Below the pieces are notes generated by a model that saw only the letters and a program-made list of their open reading frames with translations, searched no databases and was not told the origin of the DNA. From Candidatus Moraniibacteriota bacterium (GTDB lineage: Bacteria; Patescibacteriota; Minisyncoccia; Moranbacterales; UBA2206): a DNA stretch of 64,000 nt. Of the stretch, positions 29,446 through 39,233 are shown in pieces (the stretch's first letter is position 1; every line of letters begins with the position of its first letter). The translations under genes and the position numbers were made by a program. The stretch lies in contig JAAXWW010000001.1 of the NCBI GenBank assembly GCA_013334765.1, positions 172,589 to 236,588 on the forward strand, in the 5' to 3' direction.

Positions 29446-30154
29446 GAAAAAAGAAGCGATTAGCAGGGTTTTGGCTGGAACTGAAAACGGTTATGATATG
29501 ATTGCCGCGAAATTTTCTGCGACAAGGAGCGCTTTTTGGCGTGATTTGGATTTCATCAGGGATATTGCGGCGGATGGCGACAGGATACTGGATTATGGAT
29601 GCGGAAACGGGAGGCTGCTATCCTTGTTTGAAGACAGGGCGGTCGATTATTTCGGGGTTGACGTTTCAGGAAAGCTTATTGAAAAAGCAAAGGGCAGATT
29701 TCCTGAATATTCGGAAAGATTCTCCAAGATTTCCAGTGAGGCGAGTCTATCATTTCCGGACGGTTTTTTCAATGCTGTTTTTTCCATAGCGGTTTTCCAT
29801 CATTTTCCACGGAGTCACGCCGATAGGATGGCTCGCGAGCTTTTCCGGGTGACTGGCGACGGAGGAACGATTGCAATAACGGTCTGGAACGTATGGCAGA
29901 AGAGATATAGACGGCATATCTGGGGGCCAAGGGCGGTTTTAGGCAAGATTTTCAATCTTGGCGAATACCGTAGCTTAGGCTTGAAAGACGCTGTCATACC
30001 TTTTGAAAATGATGACGGCAAGATTTTCCATCGTTATCACCGAGCATATACCAAAAAGGATATCCGTGCTATTTTTTCCAAAGCCGGATTTTCCATTGAA
30101 GAATGCTTCATATCCGGCGGCAAGAACATAGTTCTCGTCGCTAAGAAAAGGTGA
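29426..30154 (+). CDS. class I SAM-dependent methyltransferase
   Basis: Motif I 'ILDYGCGNGRL' (methyltransferase type 11/12). Confidence 0.7.
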   Translation: MSYCLFMKKEAISRVLAGTENGYDMIAAKFSATRSAFWRDLDFIRDIAADGDRILDYGCGNGRLLSLFEDRAVDYFGVDVSGKLIEKAKGRFPEYSERFSKISSEASLSFPDGFFNAVFSIAVFHHFPRSHADRMARELFRVTGDGGTIAITVWNVWQKRYRRHIWGPRAVLGKIFNLGEYRSLGLKDAVIPFENDDGKIFHRYHRAYTKKDIRAIFSKAGFSIEECFISGGKNIVLVAKKR

Positions 30155-30207
30155 CGGATTGTGGTATAATACAAAAATAGGGAAATAAACAAAAGAAAAA
30201 ACAGGCA

Positions 30208-31533
30208 ATGTCAAAACCGCTTATTCAGGTCAGCAATCTGAAAGTAATATACAATGAAGGCAAGTCGAACGAAGTGCGATCATTGGATAATGTCAGCACT
30301 AGCATATATGCCCAAGAGTACGTGATTATTTATGGCCCATCCGGATGCGGAAAGTCTACCTTGCTTTATTCTATTTCCGGATTGCAGAAGCCGACGGAAG
30401 GGGATGTCTATGTCGAAGGGAAGAAGCTGGCTTATATGAAAAAAGACGAGCTGGTAAAGCTGCATCAGTCGAAGATGGGTATGGTTTTTCAGGCTTTCTA
30501 TCTGATATCCTCGCTGAATGTCCTTGATAACATTTGCCTCCCCAAGGTTTTTTGCGGAGAGCCTAGAGCGAAAAGAAGGGAATACGGCATAAAGCTCCTG
30601 CAGCGTTTCGGGATCGTCGAGCAGACTAGCAAGTTTCCTTCTCAGCTTTCAGGAGGTCAGAAACAGCGGGTTTCCATAGCTAGAGCTCTTGTCAATGATC
30701 CGGAAATAATCCTGGCAGACGAACCGGTCGGGAATCTGGACAGTGTTTCATCGGAAAATGTTCTTCAGATCCTGAAAGACCTGAATCAGATAGACAAGAA
30801 GACGGTTATTCTGGTTACTCACAATCCGGAACATCTTCATTTCGCTGACAGGGTCATCCATATGAAGGATGGCAAGATATTGAGGGAAGAGATACTGACC
30901 GACAAGCAGCGGCCGGAGTATGTCTATGTGGACAAGAATGATGTCGGGATAAATCCTGACAAGCTGTCTCCGGATCTCAAGCTGCTGGCTCGGACTTTCA
31001 AGAACCTTTCGCCGGCTCAGATCGGTTCCCTACTGGTTCCTTTCAAGGCCAATCAGCTGCTTTCATATATAACCTCAGACATGATGGAAGAGCAGCTGAC
31101 TGTCGCTGGCGCCTACCTCAAAGAGTTCCTATTCGGGAATATCGAGCTTAACGATTTTGCGAGGAATCTGGACCTGGATTATAAGAAGGGCGGAGCCGGG
31201 TGGAACAAGTCAAGAGCTGAAAAATTTTCCAAGCGCGTATCTGATCTGGCCGAATGCGTGAAAGTTCTCGGAGAAAGCAGGCCCAACGGAGAGAAGATCG
31301 ATTTTCTGGCGAACTACCTTATCGGCCAATTCAATCTTAATCTGAAAGAAGACAGTCTTTTCTTTTTCAAGTCGTTCGTCGGGAAAAGGATCGGCAATGA
31401 GATAGACCGCATCGAATTGGAAAAGAAATTCGATCTTCCCATGTCAAAAGGAGGAGTTGGCATGTATAGCCGTACGGCCGAGAAGGTTTCCCGGGAAGTC
31501 GAGATGATAATGCTGCTTCGCTATACGGTCTGA
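30208..31533 (+). CDS. ABC transporter ATP-binding protein (FtsE/MacB-type) with ~210-aa C-terminal extension
   Basis: Walker A 'GPSGCGKST', signature 'LSGGQKQRVSIARAL' and Walker B 'IILADEP'. A C-terminal domain of unknown function follows. Confidence 0.85.
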   Translation: MSKPLIQVSNLKVIYNEGKSNEVRSLDNVSTSIYAQEYVIIYGPSGCGKSTLLYSISGLQKPTEGDVYVEGKKLAYMKKDELVKLHQSKMGMVFQAFYLISSLNVLDNICLPKVFCGEPRAKRREYGIKLLQRFGIVEQTSKFPSQLSGGQKQRVSIARALVNDPEIILADEPVGNLDSVSSENVLQILKDLNQIDKKTVILVTHNPEHLHFADRVIHMKDGKILREEILTDKQRPEYVYVDKNDVGINPDKLSPDLKLLARTFKNLSPAQIGSLLVPFKANQLLSYITSDMMEEQLTVAGAYLKEFLFGNIELNDFARNLDLDYKKGGAGWNKSRAEKFSKRVSDLAECVKVLGESRPNGEKIDFLANYLIGQFNLNLKEDSLFFFKSFVGKRIGNEIDRIELEKKFDLPMSKGGVGMYSRTAEKVSREVEMIMLLRYTV

Positions 31534-31554
31534 TTATATTTTTCATAAAAAAAC

Positions 31555-32775
31555 ATGAGATTCAGTGATCTGTTGATTCTTTCAACCAGGATGTTCAAAG
31601 CCCGCACGTCGCGGACGATTTTGACGATTCTCGGCATGAGCATCGGAATCGGGGCTATCCTTTTCCTGGTTTCCATGGGGTATGGCCTTCAGAAAACAAT
31701 TCTTGAAAGGATAACCACTTCGGATTCGCTGCTGACTTTGGATGTCACGGAGGACAAGTCTTCAGCGGCTGTTCTCAATGAGGACTCGCTAGGGGGACTG
31801 AAAAATATTCCCGGTGTCGGGGAGATGAGCCCATCCTTCCATCTGAGCGGAAAAGGTAAAATAGACGGATTGACGGCGGATCTTTCGCTGACGGTAACTG
31901 ATCCGACTTTCATGAGACTGAGTGGGATAAAAATGAATCAAGGCGTGTCTATCAATGACAATAATTATCAGGGCGTCGTCATATCATCAATGGTGGCGAG
32001 GATTTTCGGAAAGAACGAGGAGGAGCTCATCGGGAAGGAGCTGGCTATAAATATCTCTAAGGACGCTGGCAATAAAACCGAAGGCTCTGGCAGCGGATTA
32101 AAAGAAACGAATGCTGAAGCAGCGGGATATGAAAGCAGGAATTTCGTGATAATCGGGACTACCGAAGGCGAAGACAATTCCGTGTATGTGAATTCCGGAT
32201 CGATCGGGGATGTGATTGCGAGCCATTTCGACCAGGTCAAAATAAAATGCAACAATAGCAAAGACATGTCTTTCGTCAGGGAACAGATAATCGGGAAAGG
32301 ATTCCTAGTGTCTTCGATTTCCGAGACGGTCGATCAGGCCAATAAGATTTTCGGAATCGTCAAGTTCGTCCTGATGCTTTTCGGGATCATCGCTCTTATC
32401 GTCAGTGCTATCGGGATGTTCAATACGATGACGATCGCCCTTCTTGAAAGGACGGAGGAAATCGGCATCATGAAATCTATCGGGGCATCCGATTCCATGG
32501 TATCGATGATATTCATCATGGAATCGACCATGATGGGCTTTCTCGGAGGAATCGTGGGAGTTGCCATAGGCTGGATTGAGGGTCAGATTTTCAACGGCGC
32601 GGTCAATATCCTAGCTCACTATTTTGGCGGTGAAAAAGTCAATCTTTTCTATAGCCCGTTGTGGTTTGTCATGTCTATTCTCATTTTTTCCGCGTTTGTC
32701 GGATTTGTGACCGGAGTGATTCCGGCGCGTCGCGCCAGCCGCATAGATCCGCTGGACGCGTTGAGATATAAATAG
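31555..32775 (+). CDS. ABC transporter permease (FtsX/MacB-like)
   Basis: N-terminal TM helix, a large periplasmic loop, and a C-terminal FtsX 3-helix bundle ending 'ARRASRIDPLDALRY'. Confidence 0.85.
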   Translation: MRFSDLLILSTRMFKARTSRTILTILGMSIGIGAILFLVSMGYGLQKTILERITTSDSLLTLDVTEDKSSAAVLNEDSLGGLKNIPGVGEMSPSFHLSGKGKIDGLTADLSLTVTDPTFMRLSGIKMNQGVSINDNNYQGVVISSMVARIFGKNEEELIGKELAINISKDAGNKTEGSGSGLKETNAEAAGYESRNFVIIGTTEGEDNSVYVNSGSIGDVIASHFDQVKIKCNNSKDMSFVREQIIGKGFLVSSISETVDQANKIFGIVKFVLMLFGIIALIVSAIGMFNTMTIALLERTEEIGIMKSIGASDSMVSMIFIMESTMMGFLGGIVGVAIGWIEGQIFNGAVNILAHYFGGEKVNLFYSPLWFVMSILIFSAFVGFVTGVIPARRASRIDPLDALRYK

Positions 32776-32793
32776 GATCAGGATTTTATCGCT

Positions 32794-33255
32794 ATGAAAC
32801 TCAGTCTTGAAATAAACAATCAAACCAAGGCTCCGGTCAGGAAGCCCTTCGTGGAGAAAGCCATGCTTTATGCTTTGGATTTTTCGGGATTCGATTTTTC
32901 GAAAAAAAAAGACATTTCGATAAGTTTCGCTTGGGTTTCCGAAGAACAAATAAGGCGTCTCAATAGGGATTATCGCAAGAAAGACAGCATTACTGATATC
33001 CTGTCTTTTCCTGAATTGAACAGCAAGAAAGAAATCGACGGCGTGTCCGGGGATATGTTTCTGGGAGAATTGATTCTGTGCTATAATTACATAAAGGAAT
33101 ATGCTGAAAAAGGAAAGTCTAAGGACGCGGTCGGGAGAGAGCTCGCGGGCGTCATAGCTCATGGTGTTTTGCATTTGCTCGGATTCAGACATGGAGCAAA
33201 GATGTTCGGAGTGCAAAAGGAAGTGGTTCAGGCTATTTATAAGGATAAGAACTGA
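32794..33255 (+). CDS. ybeY: rRNA maturation endoribonuclease YbeY
   Basis: 'IAHGVLHLLGFRHG' zinc-binding H-x-x-x-H-x-x-x-x-x-H motif. Confidence 0.85.
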   Translation: MKLSLEINNQTKAPVRKPFVEKAMLYALDFSGFDFSKKKDISISFAWVSEEQIRRLNRDYRKKDSITDILSFPELNSKKEIDGVSGDMFLGELILCYNYIKEYAEKGKSKDAVGRELAGVIAHGVLHLLGFRHGAKMFGVQKEVVQAIYKDKN

Positions 33256-33257
33256 CA

Positions 33258-33620
33258 ATGAACAGGATCCGCCAATTCATGAGGAGTCTCTCTTGCGCTG
33301 CAAGAGGTCTTGCTTATGCTTTGAGACACGAAAGCAATTTTCAGAACGAGCTGGCTTTTTCCGTGCTTGTGGTTTCGGCGATGTTCTATTATCACGTGAC
33401 GCGCTCGGAGATGATAGTCCTGTTCCTGGTCATCATGGTCGTCCTCATCATGGAACTTATGAATACCGTGGTTGAGCGGGTTGCTGACATATTGAAACCT
33501 AGGGTTCATCCATATGTCCGCCTCATTAAGGATCTGATGGCGGCATCCGTGCTGGTCGCGTCCATTTTCGCTGTCATCATAGGGCTCATAATATTCGTTC
33601 CGTATATCATCGCGAAATAA
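33258..33620 (+). CDS. dgkA: diacylglycerol/undecaprenol kinase
   Basis: 3-TM protein with 'IMELMNTVVERVADI' (DAGK_prokar). Confidence 0.75.
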   Translation: MNRIRQFMRSLSCAARGLAYALRHESNFQNELAFSVLVVSAMFYYHVTRSEMIVLFLVIMVVLIMELMNTVVERVADILKPRVHPYVRLIKDLMAASVLVASIFAVIIGLIIFVPYIIAK

Positions 33621-33650
33621 ACAAAAATAAGATTAAGCTATAATCACGCC

Positions 33651-34913
33651 ATGTCAAAAAAAGATATTATCGTCGGTATCGATATCGGATCCTCGAGCAT
33701 AAGGACCGTCATTGCCAATCGCTTGACTAAGGATGAGAAGCCGCGCGTTATCGGAGTCGGCGTGACCCCTTCTTTCGGCGTAAGACGAGGAGTCATTGTT
33801 GATTTGGAAGAAGTGTCCCGCGCGCTTAGCGAATCTATCGAAATCGCCGAAAGGATTGCCGGGGTTCAGATAAGCCATGCCACGCTAGGAGTGGGCGGCA
33901 GCCATATATCATCGCAATACACCAAGGGCGTAATCGCGGTCGGGAGAGCTGATGGGGAAGTGACTCCTGATGATATCATGCGGGTGATCGGAGCGGCTCA
34001 AGCCATATCCGTACCTCCGAACAAGGAAATCATCCACATCGTTCCAAGAGGTTATTCCCTTGATGATCAGAAGAATATCAAGGATCCTCTTGGCATGAAC
34101 GGAGTGCGCTTGGAGGTCGAGGCGGCTATCATCGAAGGCCCGACCCAGCACATGCGGAATCTTGCCAAATGCGCTGATCAGACGGGTATCGGAGTGGATA
34201 ATTTCGTTCTTTCTCCTCTGGCCGCAGCCAAGTCGGTACTTTCGAAAAGGCAGAAAGAGCTGGGCGTAGTGCTTGCCGATATCGGAGGCGGATCGACTTC
34301 GGTTACGGTTTTCGAGGAAAACGATCTGCTGCACGTGACTATCATTCCGGTTGGCGGAAACCATATTACTAACGATATAGCGATAGGGCTCAGGACTTCC
34401 ATCGATGTGGCTGAGAAGGTCAAGCTCGAATTTGGCAACGCTAATCCGGAAGAAATCAGCAAGAAGGAAAACATCGATCTTTCTCAACTGGACAGTGCGG
34501 AGGAGGGAATCGTATCGCGCCACCATGTGGCTGAAATAATCCAAGCAAGGCTCGAGGAGATATTCAATCTCATCAATAAGGAATTGCGCGCAATCGGCCG
34601 CGATCGCTTGCTCCCGGCAGGAATCGTTATCACCGGCGGAACTTCGAAACTTCCCGGCTGCGTCGATCTCGCCAAGGACATGCTAGGGCTTCCCGCGCAA
34701 ACCGGTTTCCCTTTGCCTCTTGGGGGGCTTGTGGACAAGGTCGATGATCCGTCCTTTGCGACGGCTGTGGGCTTGGTCTTGTGGGCTCTTGAAAATGAGG
34801 AAATGCCGCTTAAAAGAGAAAATTCAGGCTTGAATGCGAGGAATATGCTGCCAGGAAATATGGATGAAACGGTCAATAACATAAGGAAATGGTTTGGCAA
34901 GTTTTTGCCATAA
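33651..34913 (+). CDS. ftsA: cell division protein FtsA
   Basis: Actin-like ATPase with 'IVGIDIGSSSIRTVIA' and 'DIGGGSTSV', adjacent to ftsZ. Confidence 0.9.
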   Translation: MSKKDIIVGIDIGSSSIRTVIANRLTKDEKPRVIGVGVTPSFGVRRGVIVDLEEVSRALSESIEIAERIAGVQISHATLGVGGSHISSQYTKGVIAVGRADGEVTPDDIMRVIGAAQAISVPPNKEIIHIVPRGYSLDDQKNIKDPLGMNGVRLEVEAAIIEGPTQHMRNLAKCADQTGIGVDNFVLSPLAAAKSVLSKRQKELGVVLADIGGGSTSVTVFEENDLLHVTIIPVGGNHITNDIAIGLRTSIDVAEKVKLEFGNANPEEISKKENIDLSQLDSAEEGIVSRHHVAEIIQARLEEIFNLINKELRAIGRDRLLPAGIVITGGTSKLPGCVDLAKDMLGLPAQTGFPLPLGGLVDKVDDPSFATAVGLVLWALENEEMPLKRENSGLNARNMLPGNMDETVNNIRKWFGKFLP

Positions 34914-35189
34914 ATAAGCTCATTTATGGCATTTTTTCGTATGTTTGCCAATTTGACATTTTAATGCTCGGTATGCTAGATTGAATTACTGAGGAATATA
35001 GGGGAAAAATAAAAAGAAATCTATCCAAAGTTCAAAAACCGAGCCTTTCCGCGTGAGCAGGGTTTTCAGCGCCTCACGACGTTCAAGATTCGGGGCCTGA
35101 TTTGGATTTTTTATTAGATAAATTATTTAATGGACGGGTGATGATTTTTTCAAAAATCAATGCCGCATCAGCTTAATAAATAAAACCAT

Positions 35190-36416
35190 ATGGCAGAAAT
35201 AAAACCACCGGTAGAAACATTCGCGCGTATCAAAGTCGTCGGTGTCGGAGGATCAGGAGGACACGCGATAAGCCGGATGATCGAATCAAAACTCAAGGGA
35301 GTTGAGTTCGTGGCGATAAACACCGATGCGCAGGATCTTCATCACAACAAGGCCCCTGAGAAGGTGCATATCGGAAAGAATCTGACCAAGGGGCTGGGAG
35401 CTGGGATGAATCCTGATGTGGGACGCCAGGCAGCCGAGGAAAATCGGGACGAGATCCAGGAGGTTCTCAAAGGAAGCGATATGGTTTTCGTCACTTGCGG
35501 CCTGGGCGGAGGAACAGGATCCGGAGCGGCTCCGATCGTGGCTGAAACTGCCAAGGAAATCGGTGCCCTTACTGTCGCGGTCGTGACGCGCCCATTCACT
35601 TTCGAGGGAGTACAGAGACGCACGATTGCCGATGATGCTCTTGAAAACTTGCGCGAGAGGGTTGATGCTATCATAACTATACACAACGACAAGCTGCTTC
35701 AGATTATCGATAAGAAGACAACCCTTCTTAATTCATTCAGCATAGTGGACGATGTCCTTCGTCAAGGTGTCCAGGGAATATCCGACCTCATAACCAAGCC
35801 CGGAATCGTCAATGTCGACTTCGCTGACGTGAGAGCCATCATGAATAACAGCGGTTCGGCTCTTATGGGAATCGGAGTCGGTTCCGGAGAGAATAGGGCG
35901 GCCGAAGCTGCCAAGGCGGCTATCAACAGCCCGCTTCTCGAGCTCTCGATCGATGGCGCCAGAGGAGTGCTCTTCAATGTCAGCGGTTCGTCAGACCTTA
36001 CCATGCTTGAAATAAATGAAGCTGCCAATATAATCACCGAATCGGTCGATCCGAACGCCAAGGTGATTTTCGGAGCGGTCGTAGACGATTCCATCAAGAA
36101 GGGTGAAGTCCAGATTACGGTTGTCGCTACCGGTTTCGATGAGGATCGCGTTTCGAAGGAAAACCCATTGGACAAGATCCTGCGCGGACGCCAGCAGGCT
36201 CAGCAGGAAGAGGAACAGGAATCCGTTTTCGAAGAGAAACAGTCGAAACCGAAGATGACTTTCCCTCAAAAGGAAGAATCGCGCATGATAATCGATGAGA
36301 AAGTCCCGCCGAAAATCCAGCGCCCGGCTGTTTTCACTCAAAAAGAAAAGCAGCTTGAAGAGGATGACGACGATCTTGAAATCCCGGCTTTCATCAGAAG
36401 GAAGATGGGGAAATAG
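35190..36416 (+). CDS. ftsZ: cell division protein FtsZ
   Basis: Tubulin signature 'GGGTGSGAAPIVAE', 'NTDAQ', and a C-terminal acidic tail with a conserved peptide. Confidence 0.95.
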   Translation: MAEIKPPVETFARIKVVGVGGSGGHAISRMIESKLKGVEFVAINTDAQDLHHNKAPEKVHIGKNLTKGLGAGMNPDVGRQAAEENRDEIQEVLKGSDMVFVTCGLGGGTGSGAAPIVAETAKEIGALTVAVVTRPFTFEGVQRRTIADDALENLRERVDAIITIHNDKLLQIIDKKTTLLNSFSIVDDVLRQGVQGISDLITKPGIVNVDFADVRAIMNNSGSALMGIGVGSGENRAAEAAKAAINSPLLELSIDGARGVLFNVSGSSDLTMLEINEAANIITESVDPNAKVIFGAVVDDSIKKGEVQITVVATGFDEDRVSKENPLDKILRGRQQAQQEEEQESVFEEKQSKPKMTFPQKEESRMIIDEKVPPKIQRPAVFTQKEKQLEEDDDDLEIPAFIRRKMGK

Positions 36417-36437
36417 GAAGCCAAGCATCTTTCATAT

Positions 36438-36471
36438 AAAAAAAGTCCCGGCGTTCTGCTGGGACTTTTTG
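36438..36471. terminator. bidirectional Rho-independent terminator between ftsZ (+) and the glycosyltransferase gene (-)
   Basis: AGTCCC…GGGACT stem flanked by A7 upstream and T5 downstream. Confidence 0.5.
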
Positions 36472-36474
36472 CTT

Positions 36475-37971
36475 TCACATGACCGATTTCAGTTTCCAGA
36501 AATCGAACCATTGCCGCAACTGGAACTCATGCGGAGTGAGCGGCATATAGTAGGTCAATGGGGCGAAGAATATGAATACTACTACCGTAATCGCAATGAA
36601 TATGGTCATGCCGCGAAGCAGCTGCACATCCTCTCCCCTTATCTTGCCTTCGAATATGTAGTGGAACAGCATATATAACATGAGGAGGGAGAAGATGAGA
36701 GGGATGAGATAGTGATAAAGGTACATGACTCTGGCGGTTTCATACATCACGGACATATAGGAAATATAGAGCATGGAAAAAGTCAGTATCAGATAAAAAA
36801 GCCGCCTGTTCTTGGTTGAAAGTTTGAAAACGGCGACTGACAGGATGAGCGTGAAGCTCAGAACGACGCTCAGGAGCCCGCTTGCCCAAATCACCGGATT
36901 TCCTTGGAAATACAGATAGCGGGCAGTCTCAGCCGTTTTCGCCCAGCGGTAATTGATACTCTTGTTTCCGAATGGCCAGCCAAGCGGCAGGCTGCCGTTC
37001 TCTTCCGGTTTGCATCCGTCGTAAGCAGGAACATTGGCTTCATATGTTTTCGAATAAAGCAGGTTTTCAGCCATCATGCGCGGGAAGCTGGATGGCAGAT
37101 ATTCTTTTCCGTCCCGCACGATGTCCTGGTATTTCTCCGACGCGCCGTATATCCGGTCATCGATTATTTTCTTTCCGATAACGAAGTGTACATAATAGGT
37201 GCTGGAAAAAACGAACAATACTCCAAGCGTGAAGACTATTCCTTCGATCAGGATATTCCTCAGGCCTAAAAACATCTCGCGGGTCTTAGCCGCTTTGAAT
37301 CTTTCCTCGTGATACAGAAGAAAAGGAAGAAGCAGTATCAGGATTGCCGAGTTGAGCTTGACGGCGATGGATAGCCCGGTGATAATCCCGAAAACCAGAT
37401 AGTGCGTTTTTTTCGGATTATCTTTTTTGAATAGGATGAGGAAATATAGAATGGAAAGAAGCATGAAGAATATCTGCGTGCTATCGAGGAGGGCGCCTCT
37501 TGATTGGATGACAAAGGAATTTTCAAAAACATAAAGCGAAGTGAAAGAAAACGCAGTCAGATAGTTTCTCGATATTTCAAAAAGGATAAGAAAAAAGACG
37601 ACTGCTCCCAGCCATCCGAAAAGAGCTGGAAATAATCTCACGCCCCGCCAGGAATATCCCTCGGGAATATCGTCGTTCTTTAGGAAATCGGTGTGGTCGA
37701 ACGAGGACGTATCAAGCTGTTTGTTCGGTTTCAGGATGTATTCTCCCAATGCGATGAACAGCTTGCCGAGCGGAGGATGGGGCTCCATGAACATGACTCC
37801 GTCAAGATATTTCTGAGCTGAAGCGATGTGATAGTTTTCATCCCAAAACGGCGCTCGGGGATTCTCATAATTCCTGAAATAAGTGAAATACGACACCGCA
37901 AAAACAACTAGGCAAAGGATTATTTTGATTGATTTTTCTGAAGCTAGCATGGCAGCTATTTTCTTTTTCAT
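36475..37971 (-). CDS. GT39 dolichyl-phosphate-mannose protein mannosyltransferase (PMT)-like membrane glycosyltransferase
   Basis: 'PFWDENYHIASAQKYLDGVMFMEPHPPLGK' matches the PMT loop-1 motif (…HPPLxK) in a polytopic membrane protein. Start moved to internal ATG 37971 (MKKKIAAM); the ORF extends to 38079. Confidence 0.7.
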   Translation of the reverse strand: MKKKIAAMLASEKSIKIILCLVVFAVSYFTYFRNYENPRAPFWDENYHIASAQKYLDGVMFMEPHPPLGKLFIALGEYILKPNKQLDTSSFDHTDFLKNDDIPEGYSWRGVRLFPALFGWLGAVVFFLILFEISRNYLTAFSFTSLYVFENSFVIQSRGALLDSTQIFFMLLSILYFLILFKKDNPKKTHYLVFGIITGLSIAVKLNSAILILLLPFLLYHEERFKAAKTREMFLGLRNILIEGIVFTLGVLFVFSSTYYVHFVIGKKIIDDRIYGASEKYQDIVRDGKEYLPSSFPRMMAENLLYSKTYEANVPAYDGCKPEENGSLPLGWPFGNKSINYRWAKTAETARYLYFQGNPVIWASGLLSVVLSFTLILSVAVFKLSTKNRRLFYLILTFSMLYISYMSVMYETARVMYLYHYLIPLIFSLLMLYMLFHYIFEGKIRGEDVQLLRGMTIFIAITVVVFIFFAPLTYYMPLTPHEFQLRQWFDFWKLKSVM

Positions 37972-38096
37972 TTTATTTGGCAAGTTCGTTATATTGGATA
38001 TTATAATAACTTTCCTGATAAATAGCCATGCTGTTTTACTTGGCAAACGGCTTGTGTTAGCATGAATAAAGGAAAACAAGCACTAATCAGAACGGA

Positions 38097-39053
38097 ATGG
38101 AAAAAACAGCCAAATATTCGATCGTTGTCCCTGTTTTCAATGAAGATCAGGTATTGGAAGAATTCCATATGCGGATAACCTCCGTCATGCAATCGGTTCA
38201 TGAAAGCTATGAGCTGATTTTCATAAACGACGGCAGCCAGGACAGGTCTTCGGCAATTATCGAGTCGCTTCACGAAAAAGACGAGACAGTGAAACTCCTG
38301 AGCTTCTCGCGCAATTTCGGTCATCAAGTCGCGATAACTGCCGGAATGGATTGCTCGTCCGGTCAGGCCGTGATCGTTATTGATTCCGATCTTCAAGACC
38401 CGCCGGAAGTCATTCTGGAAATGATAAAGAAATGGAAAGAAGGCCATGATGTGGTTTATGGGAAACGCATCCGAAGGAAAGAGAGGTCATTGTTCAAAAA
38501 AACTACTGCCGCTATATTCTACCGGGTGCTAAGAAGCATAACCGACAGCGATATCCCAGTTGATGTGGGCGATTTCAGATTGATTGATCGCAGGGTGTGC
38601 GATGTCATGAAAGGCTTCACGGAGAAGAACCGTTATGTGCGCGGACTTGTCAGCTGGGTTGGATTCCGGCAGGCAGCTGTCGAATATGAAAGGGACGAGC
38701 GGTTTGCTGGAAAAACCAAATATTCGCTCGGGAAAATGATGAAGTTCGCTATTGATGCCGCTACCTCTTTTTCGCACAAGCCGCTCAAGATGGCATCGTA
38801 TCTGGGCGTATTTTTTTCAGGGGTCAGCTTTGTTTATCTCTTGGTGGTTTTATATGAGAGGGTCTTTACGGAGAAGACGGTCGTCGGCTGGACTTCCATC
38901 GTGGCGGTCAATCTGTTCTTCAATGGCATCGTGCTCATAATCCTCGGAGCCATAGGGGAATATATCGGCCGGATTTATGACGAAAGCAAGAATCGGCCGC
39001 TTTATATAATAGAAAGCAAAAAAGGATTCGGCGATGAATCCATTGGTAGATAA
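38097..39053 (+). CDS. GT2 polyprenyl-phosphate mannose/glucose synthase (Dpm1/Ppm1-like)
   Basis: 'YSIVVPVFNE', 'IFINDGSQD' and 'VIDSDLQDPPE' GT2 DXD motifs, with C-terminal TM helices. Divergent from the GT39 gene. Confidence 0.8.
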   Translation: MEKTAKYSIVVPVFNEDQVLEEFHMRITSVMQSVHESYELIFINDGSQDRSSAIIESLHEKDETVKLLSFSRNFGHQVAITAGMDCSSGQAVIVIDSDLQDPPEVILEMIKKWKEGHDVVYGKRIRRKERSLFKKTTAAIFYRVLRSITDSDIPVDVGDFRLIDRRVCDVMKGFTEKNRYVRGLVSWVGFRQAAVEYERDERFAGKTKYSLGKMMKFAIDAATSFSHKPLKMASYLGVFFSGVSFVYLLVVLYERVFTEKTVVGWTSIVAVNLFFNGIVLIILGAIGEYIGRIYDESKNRPLYIIESKKGFGDESIGR

Positions 39054-39161
39054 TAATTTTCTTGCTGTTTTTTTTGAAGTGTGCAGTCCCTGGCGAAGGC
39101 CTGGGATTTTATGTATGGTCCGACTGTGGATAACCCTGTTTTTTGGCTTGAAAAGGGATCC

Positions 39162-39216
39162 TTGCCATAAAGTTTGGTAGTAGTATAATTGTTTATAGAC
39201 ACACAACATATTGTGT
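39162..39216 (+). promoter_or_regulatory. nrdR promoter (TTGCCA-16-TATAAT) with an NrdR box at the transcription start
   Basis: TTGCCA at 39162-39167 and TATAAT at 39184-39189. A 16-bp near-palindrome ACACAACATATTGTGT at 39201-39216 matches the NrdR-box consensus acaCwAtATaTwGtgt. Confidence 0.5.
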
Positions 39217-39233
39217 AAATATCAAAAAAAGCT

